Assembly (NCBI GenBank): GCA_023249195.1
Contig: JAHFDB010000001.1
Location: 1-52,633 of the forward strand
DNA length: 52,633 nt
DNA from: a bacterium
GTDB lineage: Bacteria; Margulisbacteria; Marinamargulisbacteria; SXXA01; JAHFDB01
Reading direction: 5' to 3'
Shown: piece by piece, positions 30,420-39,740 of the stretch
Layout of the letters: every line of letters begins with the position of its first letter
Numbering within the stretch: the first letter of the stretch is position 1
Program-made: the position numbers and the translations under genes
Notes under the pieces: generated by a model
Told to the model about the DNA's origin: nothing
The model's database searches: none
Seen by the model: the letters and a program-made list of their open reading frames with translations, nothing else

Positions 30420-31514
30420 TTACACATTAAACAAAAATTCTACAATATCTCCGTCTCTCATGACATAGTCTTTACCCTCTTGTCGAACGAGCCCCTTATC
30501 TCGGGCTACCTTGAGTCCATTGCTGGCAACAAAATCCGCGTAAGATACAATGTTGGCTCTGATAAATCCTTTTTCAAAATCGGTATGAATAACGCCTGCC
30601 GCTTGAGGGGCCTTATCCCCTTGACGTATTGTCCAAGCTCGGGTTTCTTTAACCCCTGTCGTGAGATAGGTTTGCAGACCCAGCAAGCGAAAACACGCCT
30701 GAGAAAGTTGCGCTAACCCAGACTCAAGAATCCCCATTTCTTTTAGAAAATCCTCTTTTTCAGAATCGTCTAGTGCTGCAAGCTCTGATTCCAACTTGGC
30801 ACACAACACCACACTTTCGTCTCCACTCTTTTTAGCAAAGTCTCGAACAGCCTCAACATGAACATTGGGTTTCCCCATTTGGTTTTCAGAAATATTGGCC
30901 ACATAAATAACTTTTTTTGAGGTAAGAAAGGGGTATAGCTTGAGAATTTCATGTTCTTCCTCTGTAAAAACAATTTGTCGAATGGGTTCGCTTTTTTCTA
31001 GAGCAGCCACACAGCGCTGAAGCACATCGGCTTTTTTTTGCTCTTCTTTATTGGCACCTTTTGATTTTTTGAGTTGAGAATCAAGTGCTTTTTGCGCCAT
31101 CTCTAAATCACATAAAATAAGCTCTATATTAATCGTTTCAATGTCATCAAGGGGGTCGGTCTTTCCATGGACATGAACGACATTATCATCTTCAAAACAC
31201 CTCACGATGTGAGCAATAGCCGAGGTTTCTCGAATATTCGTTAAAAATTTATTACCTAATCCTTCTCCTTTGGAAGCACCTTTCACCAAACCCGCAATGT
31301 CTACAAACTTAATTGTGGCATAAATCAATTTCTCGGTGCCACTGATTTCAGATAGCACCTGTAATCGAGGGTCGGGAATGGGCACAATGCCCACGTTGGG
31401 TTCAATGGTGCAAAAGGGATAGTTTTGGGCCTCTACGGAAGCCTTTGTAATTGCATTGAACAAGGTTGATTTTCCGACATTAGGGAGTCCCACAATACCA
31501 ATTTCGAGTGCCAC
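30420..31514 (-). CDS. ychF: Ribosome-binding ATPase YchF
   Basis: IGIVGLPNVGKSTLFNA and a C-terminal TGS-like domain (RAWTI..G..APQAAGVIHTDFE.GFIRA). Confidence 0.93.
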   Translation of the reverse strand: MALEIGIVGLPNVGKSTLFNAITKASVEAQNYPFCTIEPNVGIVPIPDPRLQVLSEISGTEKLIYATIKFVDIAGLVKGASKGEGLGNKFLTNIRETSAIAHIVRCFEDDNVVHVHGKTDPLDDIETINIELILCDLEMAQKALDSQLKKSKGANKEEQKKADVLQRCVAALEKSEPIRQIVFTEEEHEILKLYPFLTSKKVIYVANISENQMGKPNVHVEAVRDFAKKSGDESVVLCAKLESELAALDDSEKEDFLKEMGILESGLAQLSQACFRLLGLQTYLTTGVKETRAWTIRQGDKAPQAAGVIHTDFEKGFIRANIVSYADFVASNGLKVARDKGLVRQEGKDYVMRDGDIVEFLFNV

Positions 31515-31516
31515 GC

Positions 31517-31990
31517 TTACTCCTTATTTTGGACGGCAGCAACAGGTTCTACAACCTCTGATCCACCTTCCATGTCTTCTTCGTCTTCTTCGTCTAAACG
31601 TTGCGCTAAAATGGCTTCTTTTTCTTGTACATACGCAGGGAACGAAGTCAGAAAAAGGGGTAAGTGCAGAAAAGCTTCTCCGATGTTACTGATGTAAGAA
31701 TAGCGTCTCCATACACGGTCAAAAAATTTCGAAATAACCACATTTTCATACGAGGTTAGCAAGTCTAGCATTTGTCCGATTTTTGTGAGTCGGTGACGCA
31801 AGATCTGTGCTTTTAGGGAGTCATCGTTACTCACTCCGTTTAAAATATGCTCATACATTTCAACCACCTTTTCGCCTCTGACAAGGACATCCACCTCTGT
31901 AATGCGAGAAGACGCCGGTTCAAATAAAATAAAATTCTGAAAGCGGTGTTCGGTTTCGGGGGTAATCAGCAACGGCTTAAACATCGACAT
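31517..31990 (-). CDS. Hypothetical 157-aa protein with acidic C-terminal tail
   Basis: AAGGAG lies 6 nt upstream of the ATG at 31990. Its stop codon is 2 nt from the ychF start. I recognise no domain. Confidence 0.6.
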   Translation of the reverse strand: MSMFKPLLITPETEHRFQNFILFEPASSRITEVDVLVRGEKVVEMYEHILNGVSNDDSLKAQILRHRLTKIGQMLDLLTSYENVVISKFFDRVWRRYSYISNIGEAFLHLPLFLTSFPAYVQEKEAILAQRLDEEDEEDMEGGSEVVEPVAAVQNKE

Positions 31991-32081
31991 AGCGTCTCCT
32001 TCATATCCATCTATAAGGCAATTTGGCAAAAGCTTATCATAACAATTTCCATTCGGATTTAAAATCCCTTATACTAGTCAA

Positions 32082-33017
32082 ATGTCCCTAAGAACATTGG
32101 TTGTCCCCAAAGAAAACATCCCCCATCTTGCCCTATTTATGGAAGATATTGAAAGGGTTTGGACCTCCCGAGGAGGCGGACCTGGCATCGCAGATGCCTT
32201 ACTTGAAAAACTCAAATCTGATTCTAGCACCTTCCAAATTTTAGAAATATGGGAGGGTGAAGAGCCCTTAGGGTTGGCCTGGGTTGAAACCATCACCGAG
32301 CACTATGGCAACATGGTGTTACATGCCCTCAGAGAGGACATCCGAGTCCCTTTGGCAGAGGCATTGGTTGAAAAAGGGTGGCTCAAAATGGTTTTTTCCG
32401 AGCTTGTTCAATTCGATGATACATCTGATTATTACGATACGTTTGTTCGTCTGGGCCTGCATGAAAATACCCGACAAAGAATGAGCCTAGATCTTTCCGT
32501 ATATGAACCTGTCACCACCTATCCTAAACATACACAGCAGGACATGGCCTTTGTCCCAATGACCCTAGAACACAAACTTATTTCAAGTGAAATTAGTTAT
32601 CTTGCCCATCAAGTAAGCCGCGATTATGCAGGCTATCCTGATCTGGAAAATCTAGACCGCAGAATTGGTTTAGAGCAAATGGTTTACGATAATGTCTATG
32701 GCCCTATTGTACCTGAGGCCTCTCTGTTTTTATCCTACCAAGACTATGCCGTTGGCTCGTGCATGGTGATTGAATTGCCCTGTTGGGGATATGAGCGGGT
32801 ACCTTGGATATTTGATATGTGTATCCACCCTCACTACCATGGACAAGGATTTGGAAGATGTTTGCTTCAAGAATCTCTTAGAATTCTCAAAGAACAAGGT
32901 TTTCCTGTGGTAGGTTTGGCCGTAACCCTGTCCAATACCTCTGCCATTGCCCTTTATGAATCACTTGGATTTGCCCTTGCGGATTATTTCTCAGAGTTTG
33001 CAGAGCTATCATCATGA
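32082..33017 (+). CDS. GNAT-family N-acetyltransferase (two-lobed, 311 aa)
   Basis: The C-terminal acetyl-CoA motif is HPHYHGQGFGRCLLQESL...AIALYESLGF. Confidence 0.75.
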   Translation: MSLRTLVVPKENIPHLALFMEDIERVWTSRGGGPGIADALLEKLKSDSSTFQILEIWEGEEPLGLAWVETITEHYGNMVLHALREDIRVPLAEALVEKGWLKMVFSELVQFDDTSDYYDTFVRLGLHENTRQRMSLDLSVYEPVTTYPKHTQQDMAFVPMTLEHKLISSEISYLAHQVSRDYAGYPDLENLDRRIGLEQMVYDNVYGPIVPEASLFLSYQDYAVGSCMVIELPCWGYERVPWIFDMCIHPHYHGQGFGRCLLQESLRILKEQGFPVVGLAVTLSNTSAIALYESLGFALADYFSEFAELSS

Positions 33018-34336
33018 CCCCGCAGAGAAAAATTCTGATCATTCACACAGGGCCCTTTAGTCAAACCCTGCTCTTGCTTCAGGTGATGGATACCCTGCAC
33101 CACCATCTCTCAAACGTGTTTATTCATTTGGTAAGTTCTGAGGCTGCGTGTTCTTTTTTTAAAGCCCATCCCTTGGTGGAAAAAACCCACCCTATCGAAG
33201 GGACCCCTCGCTTTAAAACAATGAAGGTCTTATTGCCTCATATAAAAAAAGAGGGTTATTCTGTCTGTCTCTGTTTCGATAACCACTTGTTTTCTGGATT
33301 GCTCGGCTGGCTTGGCCGAATTCCGATTAGAATTGGCCCTAAAGACCTGATTCGAGGGTGGGCCTTTACTCATCGTATTCCTCATTCAAAACGGCCAGAG
33401 CATTTTTCTGAATACGCCAATCGCTATTTGTCCCCTTTTCAGTTTGAGTTTGATTCTGCGCACTCCGCCCTTCCTCTCACCGAGGTTGATTCACAATTTA
33501 AACTTTGGGCCAATAAACGGCTTTCTCCCTCGAAAAAAACGCTATGTGTCTATTGGGACACGCAGATGCCCCAATGGGAAAGTGGGCTCCATCACCTTGT
33601 AGAATCTGCAAAAGACAGGGGTGATTTGAATCTGATTTTGTGTTCAAGCTCCCAAGATCCCCTGTTTAGTACCTACTCCCATACCTTTGTTTTGAACCTT
33701 GCTGGAAAAATAGGCATTCAAGGTGTCACGGCGGCTTTACGCTATAGCGATATGGTCTTGTCTACAAACTTAGCGACGATTCAGCTTGCCCGTATTTTAA
33801 GAAAACCCTTAGTCGCCGTGATGGAGGAAACCCCCTGGGCAAGCCTCACATCTGGCCCCATGAGTGCCTATATGAAGCTTGAAACCTACTCAAAAGAAAT
33901 CCCCTTAGAACCGACCCGCCTTTGGAACGCTCTCACGGGGCTAGAACACGACATGCTGCTTCGAGACGAGCTTACGCCTCTCGAGCAGAGCGAGGTATTG
34001 GCCCTCCATTCTTATAAAGTTCTTTATCTCGCCTATCAATCAGAAATTTCACAAGAAGAGAGAAACCAACTTTTAACTCTCTCTAAGGAGGGCTTATCGA
34101 TATTGCCCTTCGAGGTGTTGGGCCTTATGGATTTAAAATCATTACTTACCCTTCTGAGATCCCATTCTTTTACTGTCATCCAGGGACATGTCCCATGGGC
34201 GCTTGAACAGGGTATTACGCTTTATTACACACTATTTCGAGGGTTTAAACCTTTGTTTCTGCAGCAAAAGTGTCACCGGTTTATTACCTTAAAAGAGTAC
34301 CTCACCCTTTACCACGATCCCAATGCCCTGCCTTGA
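33014..34336 (+). CDS. Glycosyltransferase family 9-like protein, degenerate N-terminal motif, with C-terminal extension
   Basis: KILIIHTGPFSQTLLLLQVMDTL, where the canonical GD is replaced. It shows a GT9-like layout and is 440 aa against about 340 typical. Confidence 0.6.
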   Translation: MTPQRKILIIHTGPFSQTLLLLQVMDTLHHHLSNVFIHLVSSEAACSFFKAHPLVEKTHPIEGTPRFKTMKVLLPHIKKEGYSVCLCFDNHLFSGLLGWLGRIPIRIGPKDLIRGWAFTHRIPHSKRPEHFSEYANRYLSPFQFEFDSAHSALPLTEVDSQFKLWANKRLSPSKKTLCVYWDTQMPQWESGLHHLVESAKDRGDLNLILCSSSQDPLFSTYSHTFVLNLAGKIGIQGVTAALRYSDMVLSTNLATIQLARILRKPLVAVMEETPWASLTSGPMSAYMKLETYSKEIPLEPTRLWNALTGLEHDMLLRDELTPLEQSEVLALHSYKVLYLAYQSEISQEERNQLLTLSKEGLSILPFEVLGLMDLKSLLTLLRSHSFTVIQGHVPWALEQGITLYYTLFRGFKPLFLQQKCHRFITLKEYLTLYHDPNALP

Positions 34337-35744
34337 CACACTCGGTCCAACCCCCAAAATTCTGATTATTCGTCCAGATGCTATTGGGGATGTGGTTATG
34401 ATGATCCCGCTTCTCAATAGTCTTAAAGCCACATGGCCTGAATCCAAAATCTATCCCTTGTTGCAACCTTATACCCGCGATGTTTTAGAGAATCATCCGG
34501 CCGTGACCGAGGTCCTTACTCGGGGAAACTCTTTTTTTGAATGTGTTCGTTATTTGAAGTCGTTTCATTTTGATGTTGTCTTTATTCCTTATCTTGAAGA
34601 TTTCTATGTATTTGCGTGTTTCTTCGCCGGAATTCCTATTCGCATAGGCGATGGCAACAAGCCCCTCTTGCGCCCGTTTTTGACCCATCCGATAACCCTC
34701 TATTTCCGTGATTTATCTGTCCACGAAACAGAAAGACATCTGGAACTTTTTACGCCGCTCCATTCTCATCCCGTTGTCGTACATACACATAGGGTGACGC
34801 TCACTAAAACACCAGAAGCCCTGCCAACGGACGCCCCTTTGATAGGCATTCATACCTCGACAGGAGGAAGCAATCGCGCGTGGTCAGAGGGTTCTTTTGC
34901 TTCACTTATTGACCTTATTCATACTCAGTCGCCCTATCAGGTCGTTTTAACAGGAGCCACCGCAAAAGAGTGCGAAAAAGTAACGCGTATTATCGCATTA
35001 TGCACCACAAAACCTCTCAATATGGCCGGCAAAACAACTTTATCTGAACTAAAGACGCTCATTTCACGCTGTGCCGCCTTTATAGGTACCGATACAGGAC
35101 CTGTTCACCTTGCTTCATCCTTGGGTCGTCCGGTGATATGCCTGTCTCCTACAAAATATATCAAGGCACTTCGATGGGGACCTTGGCAAACCCCGCACCG
35201 CATTGTGGGACATCCGGAAACCTGCCGTTGGGTATGTAATCCCTTCGTTTGTAAACGCCCCGATTGTTTAGAGGCCATCTCTGCTAAAGAGGTATTTTCT
35301 GAGCTAAAGAATCTCTTAGAGAATCCTCGTCTAGCCTCTATTGAAGAGGATAAAAGACACTGGTTCAAGGCCTCTGTGACTATCGCTTTTTATCTCACCG
35401 ATTCTGCTCATATTCCGATTTTTGAACGCTATCGACATCTCTTAGAAAATTCGGGTCGAAAAGTGTCTGTCTATCGTTTCGACACCCCGCTTTGGTCCGT
35501 GGTTTCTATTTTAATATTTCTCTGTACTCACGATATCTCGGTGGTGCATCTTCTACCCCGGCGCTATCAGTGGATTTGGAATGGGTTCTTCAGACAGCTC
35601 TCTGCACTAAGACTGTATTGCCCCCCTATTATTGTCTCGTTTACGGATGCTTATACTACGCAAGAAGACCTCATTGATCGCTATTTAAGCGCGTTTAAAG
35701 AGAATACCCGCACCCTAAAGCCAACCCTACCGCTACCCCGGTAA
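34323..35744 (+). CDS. Glycosyltransferase family 9 (heptosyltransferase-like) with C-terminal extension
   Basis: KILIIRPDAIGDVVMMIPLLNSLK, GTDTGPVHLA, and a Cys cluster CRWVCNPFVCKRPDC. Length is 473 aa. Confidence 0.8.
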   Translation: MPCLDTLGPTPKILIIRPDAIGDVVMMIPLLNSLKATWPESKIYPLLQPYTRDVLENHPAVTEVLTRGNSFFECVRYLKSFHFDVVFIPYLEDFYVFACFFAGIPIRIGDGNKPLLRPFLTHPITLYFRDLSVHETERHLELFTPLHSHPVVVHTHRVTLTKTPEALPTDAPLIGIHTSTGGSNRAWSEGSFASLIDLIHTQSPYQVVLTGATAKECEKVTRIIALCTTKPLNMAGKTTLSELKTLISRCAAFIGTDTGPVHLASSLGRPVICLSPTKYIKALRWGPWQTPHRIVGHPETCRWVCNPFVCKRPDCLEAISAKEVFSELKNLLENPRLASIEEDKRHWFKASVTIAFYLTDSAHIPIFERYRHLLENSGRKVSVYRFDTPLWSVVSILIFLCTHDISVVHLLPRRYQWIWNGFFRQLSALRLYCPPIIVSFTDAYTTQEDLIDRYLSAFKENTRTLKPTLPLPR

Positions 35745-36966
35745 ACCGGTTTGAATCTGGAATAATTTTGTTTCCGCCAAACCTAGCCGCCATAGTGGTT
35801 TGAATAACGCTGACCAAGGAACTGCCTCCTGTCATCAAAATTGAGTCGATATCGGCTTCTTTTTTATGGGCTCTTTGCAAGGTTTCTGTAAGTGCCGAAT
35901 GAATAGCCTCGACATGCTCGGCAATATAGCCCTCAAAAGCGGCACGAGACACCGGCTCATGAACAGATAAATGAGGCGATTCAAAGTGAATTGAGGTTTG
36001 ATCTAACTCGGAAAACGCTTTTTTTGTATGTTCGATCGCTTTAAATAACCCGAACCCTAAATCTTCTTCAATTAAGGTCTTGAGGCGCCGAACCGCAGGT
36101 TTATTGGTCGATGTTCTTAGAATACTGTGAAGGTCTTCTTTAAAAGGCGATTCTTTTAACTTTGCAATGTCATACCACGTACACAAGGTTGTAAAAAAGT
36201 GGATAGGGAAGTCAAAGAGCCTGTTCCAATCTTCGAATTGGCTGCCATACCCAAAATAGGGAGCCAACGCATGCCACATTATACTGGCATCGAAGTCATC
36301 TCCCCCAATGTGAACCCCACCCGTAGCCAAAATATCCTGTGTTCGGTCTAAAGCGTGGCGTTTCTGTGGGTCCAGATTCATAATGGTATAGTCTGTCGTA
36401 CCGCCTCCCAGATCCACCACCAGAACCGTTTCAGCCTTTGTTAAACGGGCCTCATAGGAATAAGCGGCACCGATAGGCTCCAATTGAAAAGAAATGTATT
36501 TAAATCCACATTTTCGGGCAGCCGAATGAATGCGTCTCTGAGCAGTCTGGTCTTCTTCGGGATCTTCAGAAAACATGACGGGGCGTCCCATGACAACGGT
36601 ATCGAGAGTTGTGCCGAGTTTAGCCTCCATTTTTTGTTTAAGATTCGTTAAGATAAGTTCAGTCAATTCAATAGGAGTAAAAGGAACTCCGTAAATCATG
36701 GTCATATCAAAATCAGGGTCATGCAACACAGATTTGAGCGATTGAATAAACCGCCCATGCATCCCCATTTCCACATATTTTTGAACAGCTTCCTGACCCA
36801 CATAATAGGTAAAGGTGTCTTTGGTATTACGCCATGGAAAAAACAAGACCGTTGGCTCGCTCATCACCACAGGGCTAGGGTCCCCGTGAGGGTCAGTAGA
36901 AATGGCACAAATGACCGAGTTACTGGTGCCAAAATCAAGTCCGCAAAGATAAGGCGGTTTTTTCAT
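35695..36966 (-). CDS. Hsp70-family ATPase, YegD-like (no substrate-binding domain)
   Basis: GLDFGTSNS, VVDLGGGTTDYT and MTGGSS actin-fold motifs. Length is 423 aa. Confidence 0.8.
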   Translation of the reverse strand: MKKPPYLCGLDFGTSNSVICAISTDPHGDPSPVVMSEPTVLFFPWRNTKDTFTYYVGQEAVQKYVEMGMHGRFIQSLKSVLHDPDFDMTMIYGVPFTPIELTELILTNLKQKMEAKLGTTLDTVVMGRPVMFSEDPEEDQTAQRRIHSAARKCGFKYISFQLEPIGAAYSYEARLTKAETVLVVDLGGGTTDYTIMNLDPQKRHALDRTQDILATGGVHIGGDDFDASIMWHALAPYFGYGSQFEDWNRLFDFPIHFFTTLCTWYDIAKLKESPFKEDLHSILRTSTNKPAVRRLKTLIEEDLGFGLFKAIEHTKKAFSELDQTSIHFESPHLSVHEPVSRAAFEGYIAEHVEAIHSALTETLQRAHKKEADIDSILMTGGSSLVSVIQTTMAARFGGNKIIPDSNRFTGVAVGLALGCGYSL

Positions 36967-36985
36967 GGGGCCACTAGAATATCAA

Positions 36986-37008
36986 AGTGTAAGGGGAAGT
37001 GTAAGGGG
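36986..37008. repeat. Tandem direct repeat AGTGTAAGGGG x2 (12-nt period) in a divergent promoter region
   Basis: The units at 36986-36996 and 36998-37008 are identical and are followed by a small palindrome AAGGG-gt-CCCTT (37003-37014). Confidence 0.8.
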
Positions 37009-37073
37009 TCCCTTTATTGGGCCAGGGAACGCCTTATGGCAACCCCTATAAAGTTAAGGTACACTTACGGTCT

Positions 37074-37859
37074 ATGCCTAAACCCTTAAAAATTCGCCTT
37101 GATCAATTTTTAGTGGCTCAGGGGCATGCTGCAACTCGCGAAAAAGCGCAGGCGTTGATTATGGCAGGCATTGTCTTGGTCAATGACCAGAAAATTGACA
37201 AAAGCGGACACCTGATTCCAGGGGATTCGATTATTCGGCTTTTAGGGACCCCATCGCCTTACGTGAGTCGAGGGGGTGAGAAAATTGAAAGTGCATGGCA
37301 CACATTTGGATTCTCAACTGAAGGCAAAATAGCCCTAGATGTGGGCCTTTCGACAGGTGGATTTACCGACTTTTTATTTCAACATGGCGCCAAAACGGTC
37401 TTTGGAGTAGATGTAGGCTACGGACAAACCGATTTAAAAGTCAGAGATAACCCCAACTTTGTGATTCTAGAGCGAACCAATGCCCGAGAGCTTACCCATG
37501 ATCAGTTAGCTCAGGCAGCCCTCAAACGCGGCATTTCTGCAGAGGCGGTAGACACTATTTCTTTGGTTGTGATGGATGTATCGTTTATCAGCGTGACAAA
37601 AGTGTTACCCCATATCCAAACCCTGATTAGGCCCGATGCTGACTATATTATTTTAATTAAACCTCAATTTGAGGCGCAGAAAGCCGAAATTGGGAAGGGT
37701 GGCATTGTAAAAGATGAGTCGATTCGAGAAGCCATTATAGCTCGCGTCAAAACCCAGCTTTCTACTCATTTTGACTGTATCCAAACATGCATCAGTGGCA
37801 CCAAAGGCACCAAGGGAAATCAGGAGTATTTTTTTTGGCTAAAATCTTCGCCAAAATAA
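37074..37859 (+). CDS. tlyA: TlyA-family rRNA (cytidine-2'-O)-methyltransferase
   Basis: S4 domain (RLDQFLV..G....REKAQALI..G.V.VN) plus an FtsJ-type SAM motif (LDVGLSTGGFTD). I prefer the ATG at 37074 over the TTG at 37017. Confidence 0.88.
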   Translation: MPKPLKIRLDQFLVAQGHAATREKAQALIMAGIVLVNDQKIDKSGHLIPGDSIIRLLGTPSPYVSRGGEKIESAWHTFGFSTEGKIALDVGLSTGGFTDFLFQHGAKTVFGVDVGYGQTDLKVRDNPNFVILERTNARELTHDQLAQAALKRGISAEAVDTISLVVMDVSFISVTKVLPHIQTLIRPDADYIILIKPQFEAQKAEIGKGGIVKDESIREAIIARVKTQLSTHFDCIQTCISGTKGTKGNQEYFFWLKSSPK

Positions 37860-38281
37860 AGAAGCTTTTGTATTTTTAGCTTTTTCAAAAGCACCTCTGG
37901 CAAAGGCCGGGGCTTCCATTTTGTTTCATCCAGACAGGCCAATTTGACCTTGGCTTTGCAAATGAGCTGTCCGGAAGCGTTTTTGATGAGACTTTCAACC
38001 ACAAATGACGCTTTTGAGATATCGGTGAGTTCTGAATGAATGATAAAGGTGTCTGAAAATTTTAGGGGGGAATGGTAGTCGATCTCGAGATGTACAGGAA
38101 TAAACCCAATTTTATCGGCTTGGAATAGTGTGTAAGGGCACCCCAAGGCCTCTAATAGCTCGATTCTGGCCGCTTCGAGCCAATAGACATACCTTCCATG
38201 GTAAACGACTCCGGCTGCGTCTGTATCGCCGAAATAAACCCTGCCTTTAAACAGGGCTTGTGGGGCGCCATGTGCAGTCAT
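37820..38281 (-). CDS. Acyl-CoA thioesterase, YbgC/4HBT family
   Basis: VYFGDTDAAGVVYHGRYVYWLEAARIE hot-dog fold motif. Confidence 0.8.
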   Translation of the reverse strand: MTAHGAPQALFKGRVYFGDTDAAGVVYHGRYVYWLEAARIELLEALGCPYTLFQADKIGFIPVHLEIDYHSPLKFSDTFIIHSELTDISKASFVVESLIKNASGQLICKAKVKLACLDETKWKPRPLPEVLLKKLKIQKLLYFGEDFSQKKYS

Positions 38282-39114
38282 TGTGGTTTTGACAATTCGT
38301 TGGCGCGTTCGAGAGTGGCTTTAAATAGAGCGTGTAGGATATCCTTCATATTGGAGGCCCGAAGAGCTTCTAATCCTGCTTCGGTGGTGCCCTTGGGTGA
38401 ACAAACTTCTTGAATAAGCTTTTTAGGAGAAGGTGTCTGTTGAAGCAATTTTCCTGCCCCAATCATGGTTTGAGCGACCAACTCGAGACTGGTTTCGAAA
38501 GAGAGTCCTTCAGCTTGCCCAGCCTGAGCCAAGGCATTGGCTATCTCGATCATAAACGCAGGTCCGCTACCACTCAAGGCGGTGACGCTGTTGAGTTGTG
38601 ATTCTGCAACTTCAACCCAACGACCACAACACCCAAATAAGACTCGGGCAATATGGGCTTGTTGCTCACTCACGTTGACATGATAGGCCAACCCTGTCAT
38701 TCCTTCTTGAAGTCGGGCAGGGGTGTTCGGCATCGCACGAATGAGACCCGATTTGGGGAAATAGGGTTCGAATACAGAGAGTGGGGTTCCTGCCAGAATG
38801 GAAATGACCGTTTTACCTTGAGAGTCGACAAGTGGCATGGTGTCTAAAAAGGTACGAATTTCTTGTGGTTTGATACAGAATAGAAGCACATCACAGGTGG
38901 ACAGAAGTTCTTTAAGAAAACAGGTTGTGAGCCCAAAAGTGCGGCTAATGTCATCACGTTTAGCCTCATCTCTCACATAAATACGCACATTTTCTGAGGT
39001 GTATATTTGGGCCAGGTGAATCCCAGCCCAAATAGCCTTGGCCATTCGGCCAAACCCGATGAACCCTATTTTAGAGGATGCCTGTGTTTTAGGTACTTTA
39101 TCCGCTTCTGTCAC
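38278..39114 (-). CDS. proC: Pyrroline-5-carboxylate reductase
   Basis: IGFIGFGRMAKAI Rossmann motif, SGSGPAF, and SPKGTTEAGL. A GTG start overlaps the lemA stop codon by 1 nt. Confidence 0.9.
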   Translation of the reverse strand: MTEADKVPKTQASSKIGFIGFGRMAKAIWAGIHLAQIYTSENVRIYVRDEAKRDDISRTFGLTTCFLKELLSTCDVLLFCIKPQEIRTFLDTMPLVDSQGKTVISILAGTPLSVFEPYFPKSGLIRAMPNTPARLQEGMTGLAYHVNVSEQQAHIARVLFGCCGRWVEVAESQLNSVTALSGSGPAFMIEIANALAQAGQAEGLSFETSLELVAQTMIGAGKLLQQTPSPKKLIQEVCSPKGTTEAGLEALRASNMKDILHALFKATLERANELSKPQ

Positions 39115-39689
39115 TAAAATTGAACTTGGGGGTTCTCTTTGGCTTTTTCCTCTACTTTGAAATAATCCTTTTTCTGAAAGTGGAACAAGCTTGCGACCAT
39201 ATTTTGGGGAACCCGTCTTAAGGTTGTATTAAACAATTGAACACTTTCATTATATTTACGTCTTTCAACAGATAGTCTATTTTCAGTTCCAGCCAACTCA
39301 TCCATGAGGCGGGAAAATTGTTGATCTGCTTTTAAATTGGGATAATTTTCAACCACCACCATCAAGCGTGACAAAGCCGATTCCATTCCCTGAGAAGCGG
39401 CTATTTTTTCACCTGGAGTCTTGGCTCCGCCCATTCTGGCTCGGGCTTCGGCAATGGCTTCAAAAATGCCGCTCTCATGTTTGGCATAACCTTTGACCGT
39501 ATTGACTAAGTTTGGAATTAAATCATAGCGGCGCTGCATTTGGTTTTCTACTTGAGACCAAGACGCATTTAAACTTTCTTCCATCGTGACAAAATTGTTT
39601 CGAATAGAAAACACCCATAAGCCCAAAGCCACCACAATACCTAAAATGCTGGCTAGAATAATCGTCGATTTTTTTGGTCCTTCACTCAT
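39114..39689 (-). CDS. lemA: LemA family protein
   Basis: N-terminal TM segment, RRYDLIPNLVNTVKGYAKHE, and NYPNLKADQQF. Confidence 0.9.
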   Translation of the reverse strand: MSEGPKKSTIILASILGIVVALGLWVFSIRNNFVTMEESLNASWSQVENQMQRRYDLIPNLVNTVKGYAKHESGIFEAIAEARARMGGAKTPGEKIAASQGMESALSRLMVVVENYPNLKADQQFSRLMDELAGTENRLSVERRKYNESVQLFNTTLRRVPQNMVASLFHFQKKDYFKVEEKAKENPQVQF

Positions 39690-39740
39690 TTTTTTCTCCT
39701 ATAAAAAGTACTTATGGTCTTGATCATGCCTCACTATACC

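Noticed and set aside
30330-30716. 128-aa + strand ORF
   Set aside because: It begins antisense to tRNA-Pro and runs antisense to the well-supported ychF gene. It has no SD and a non-protein-like composition.
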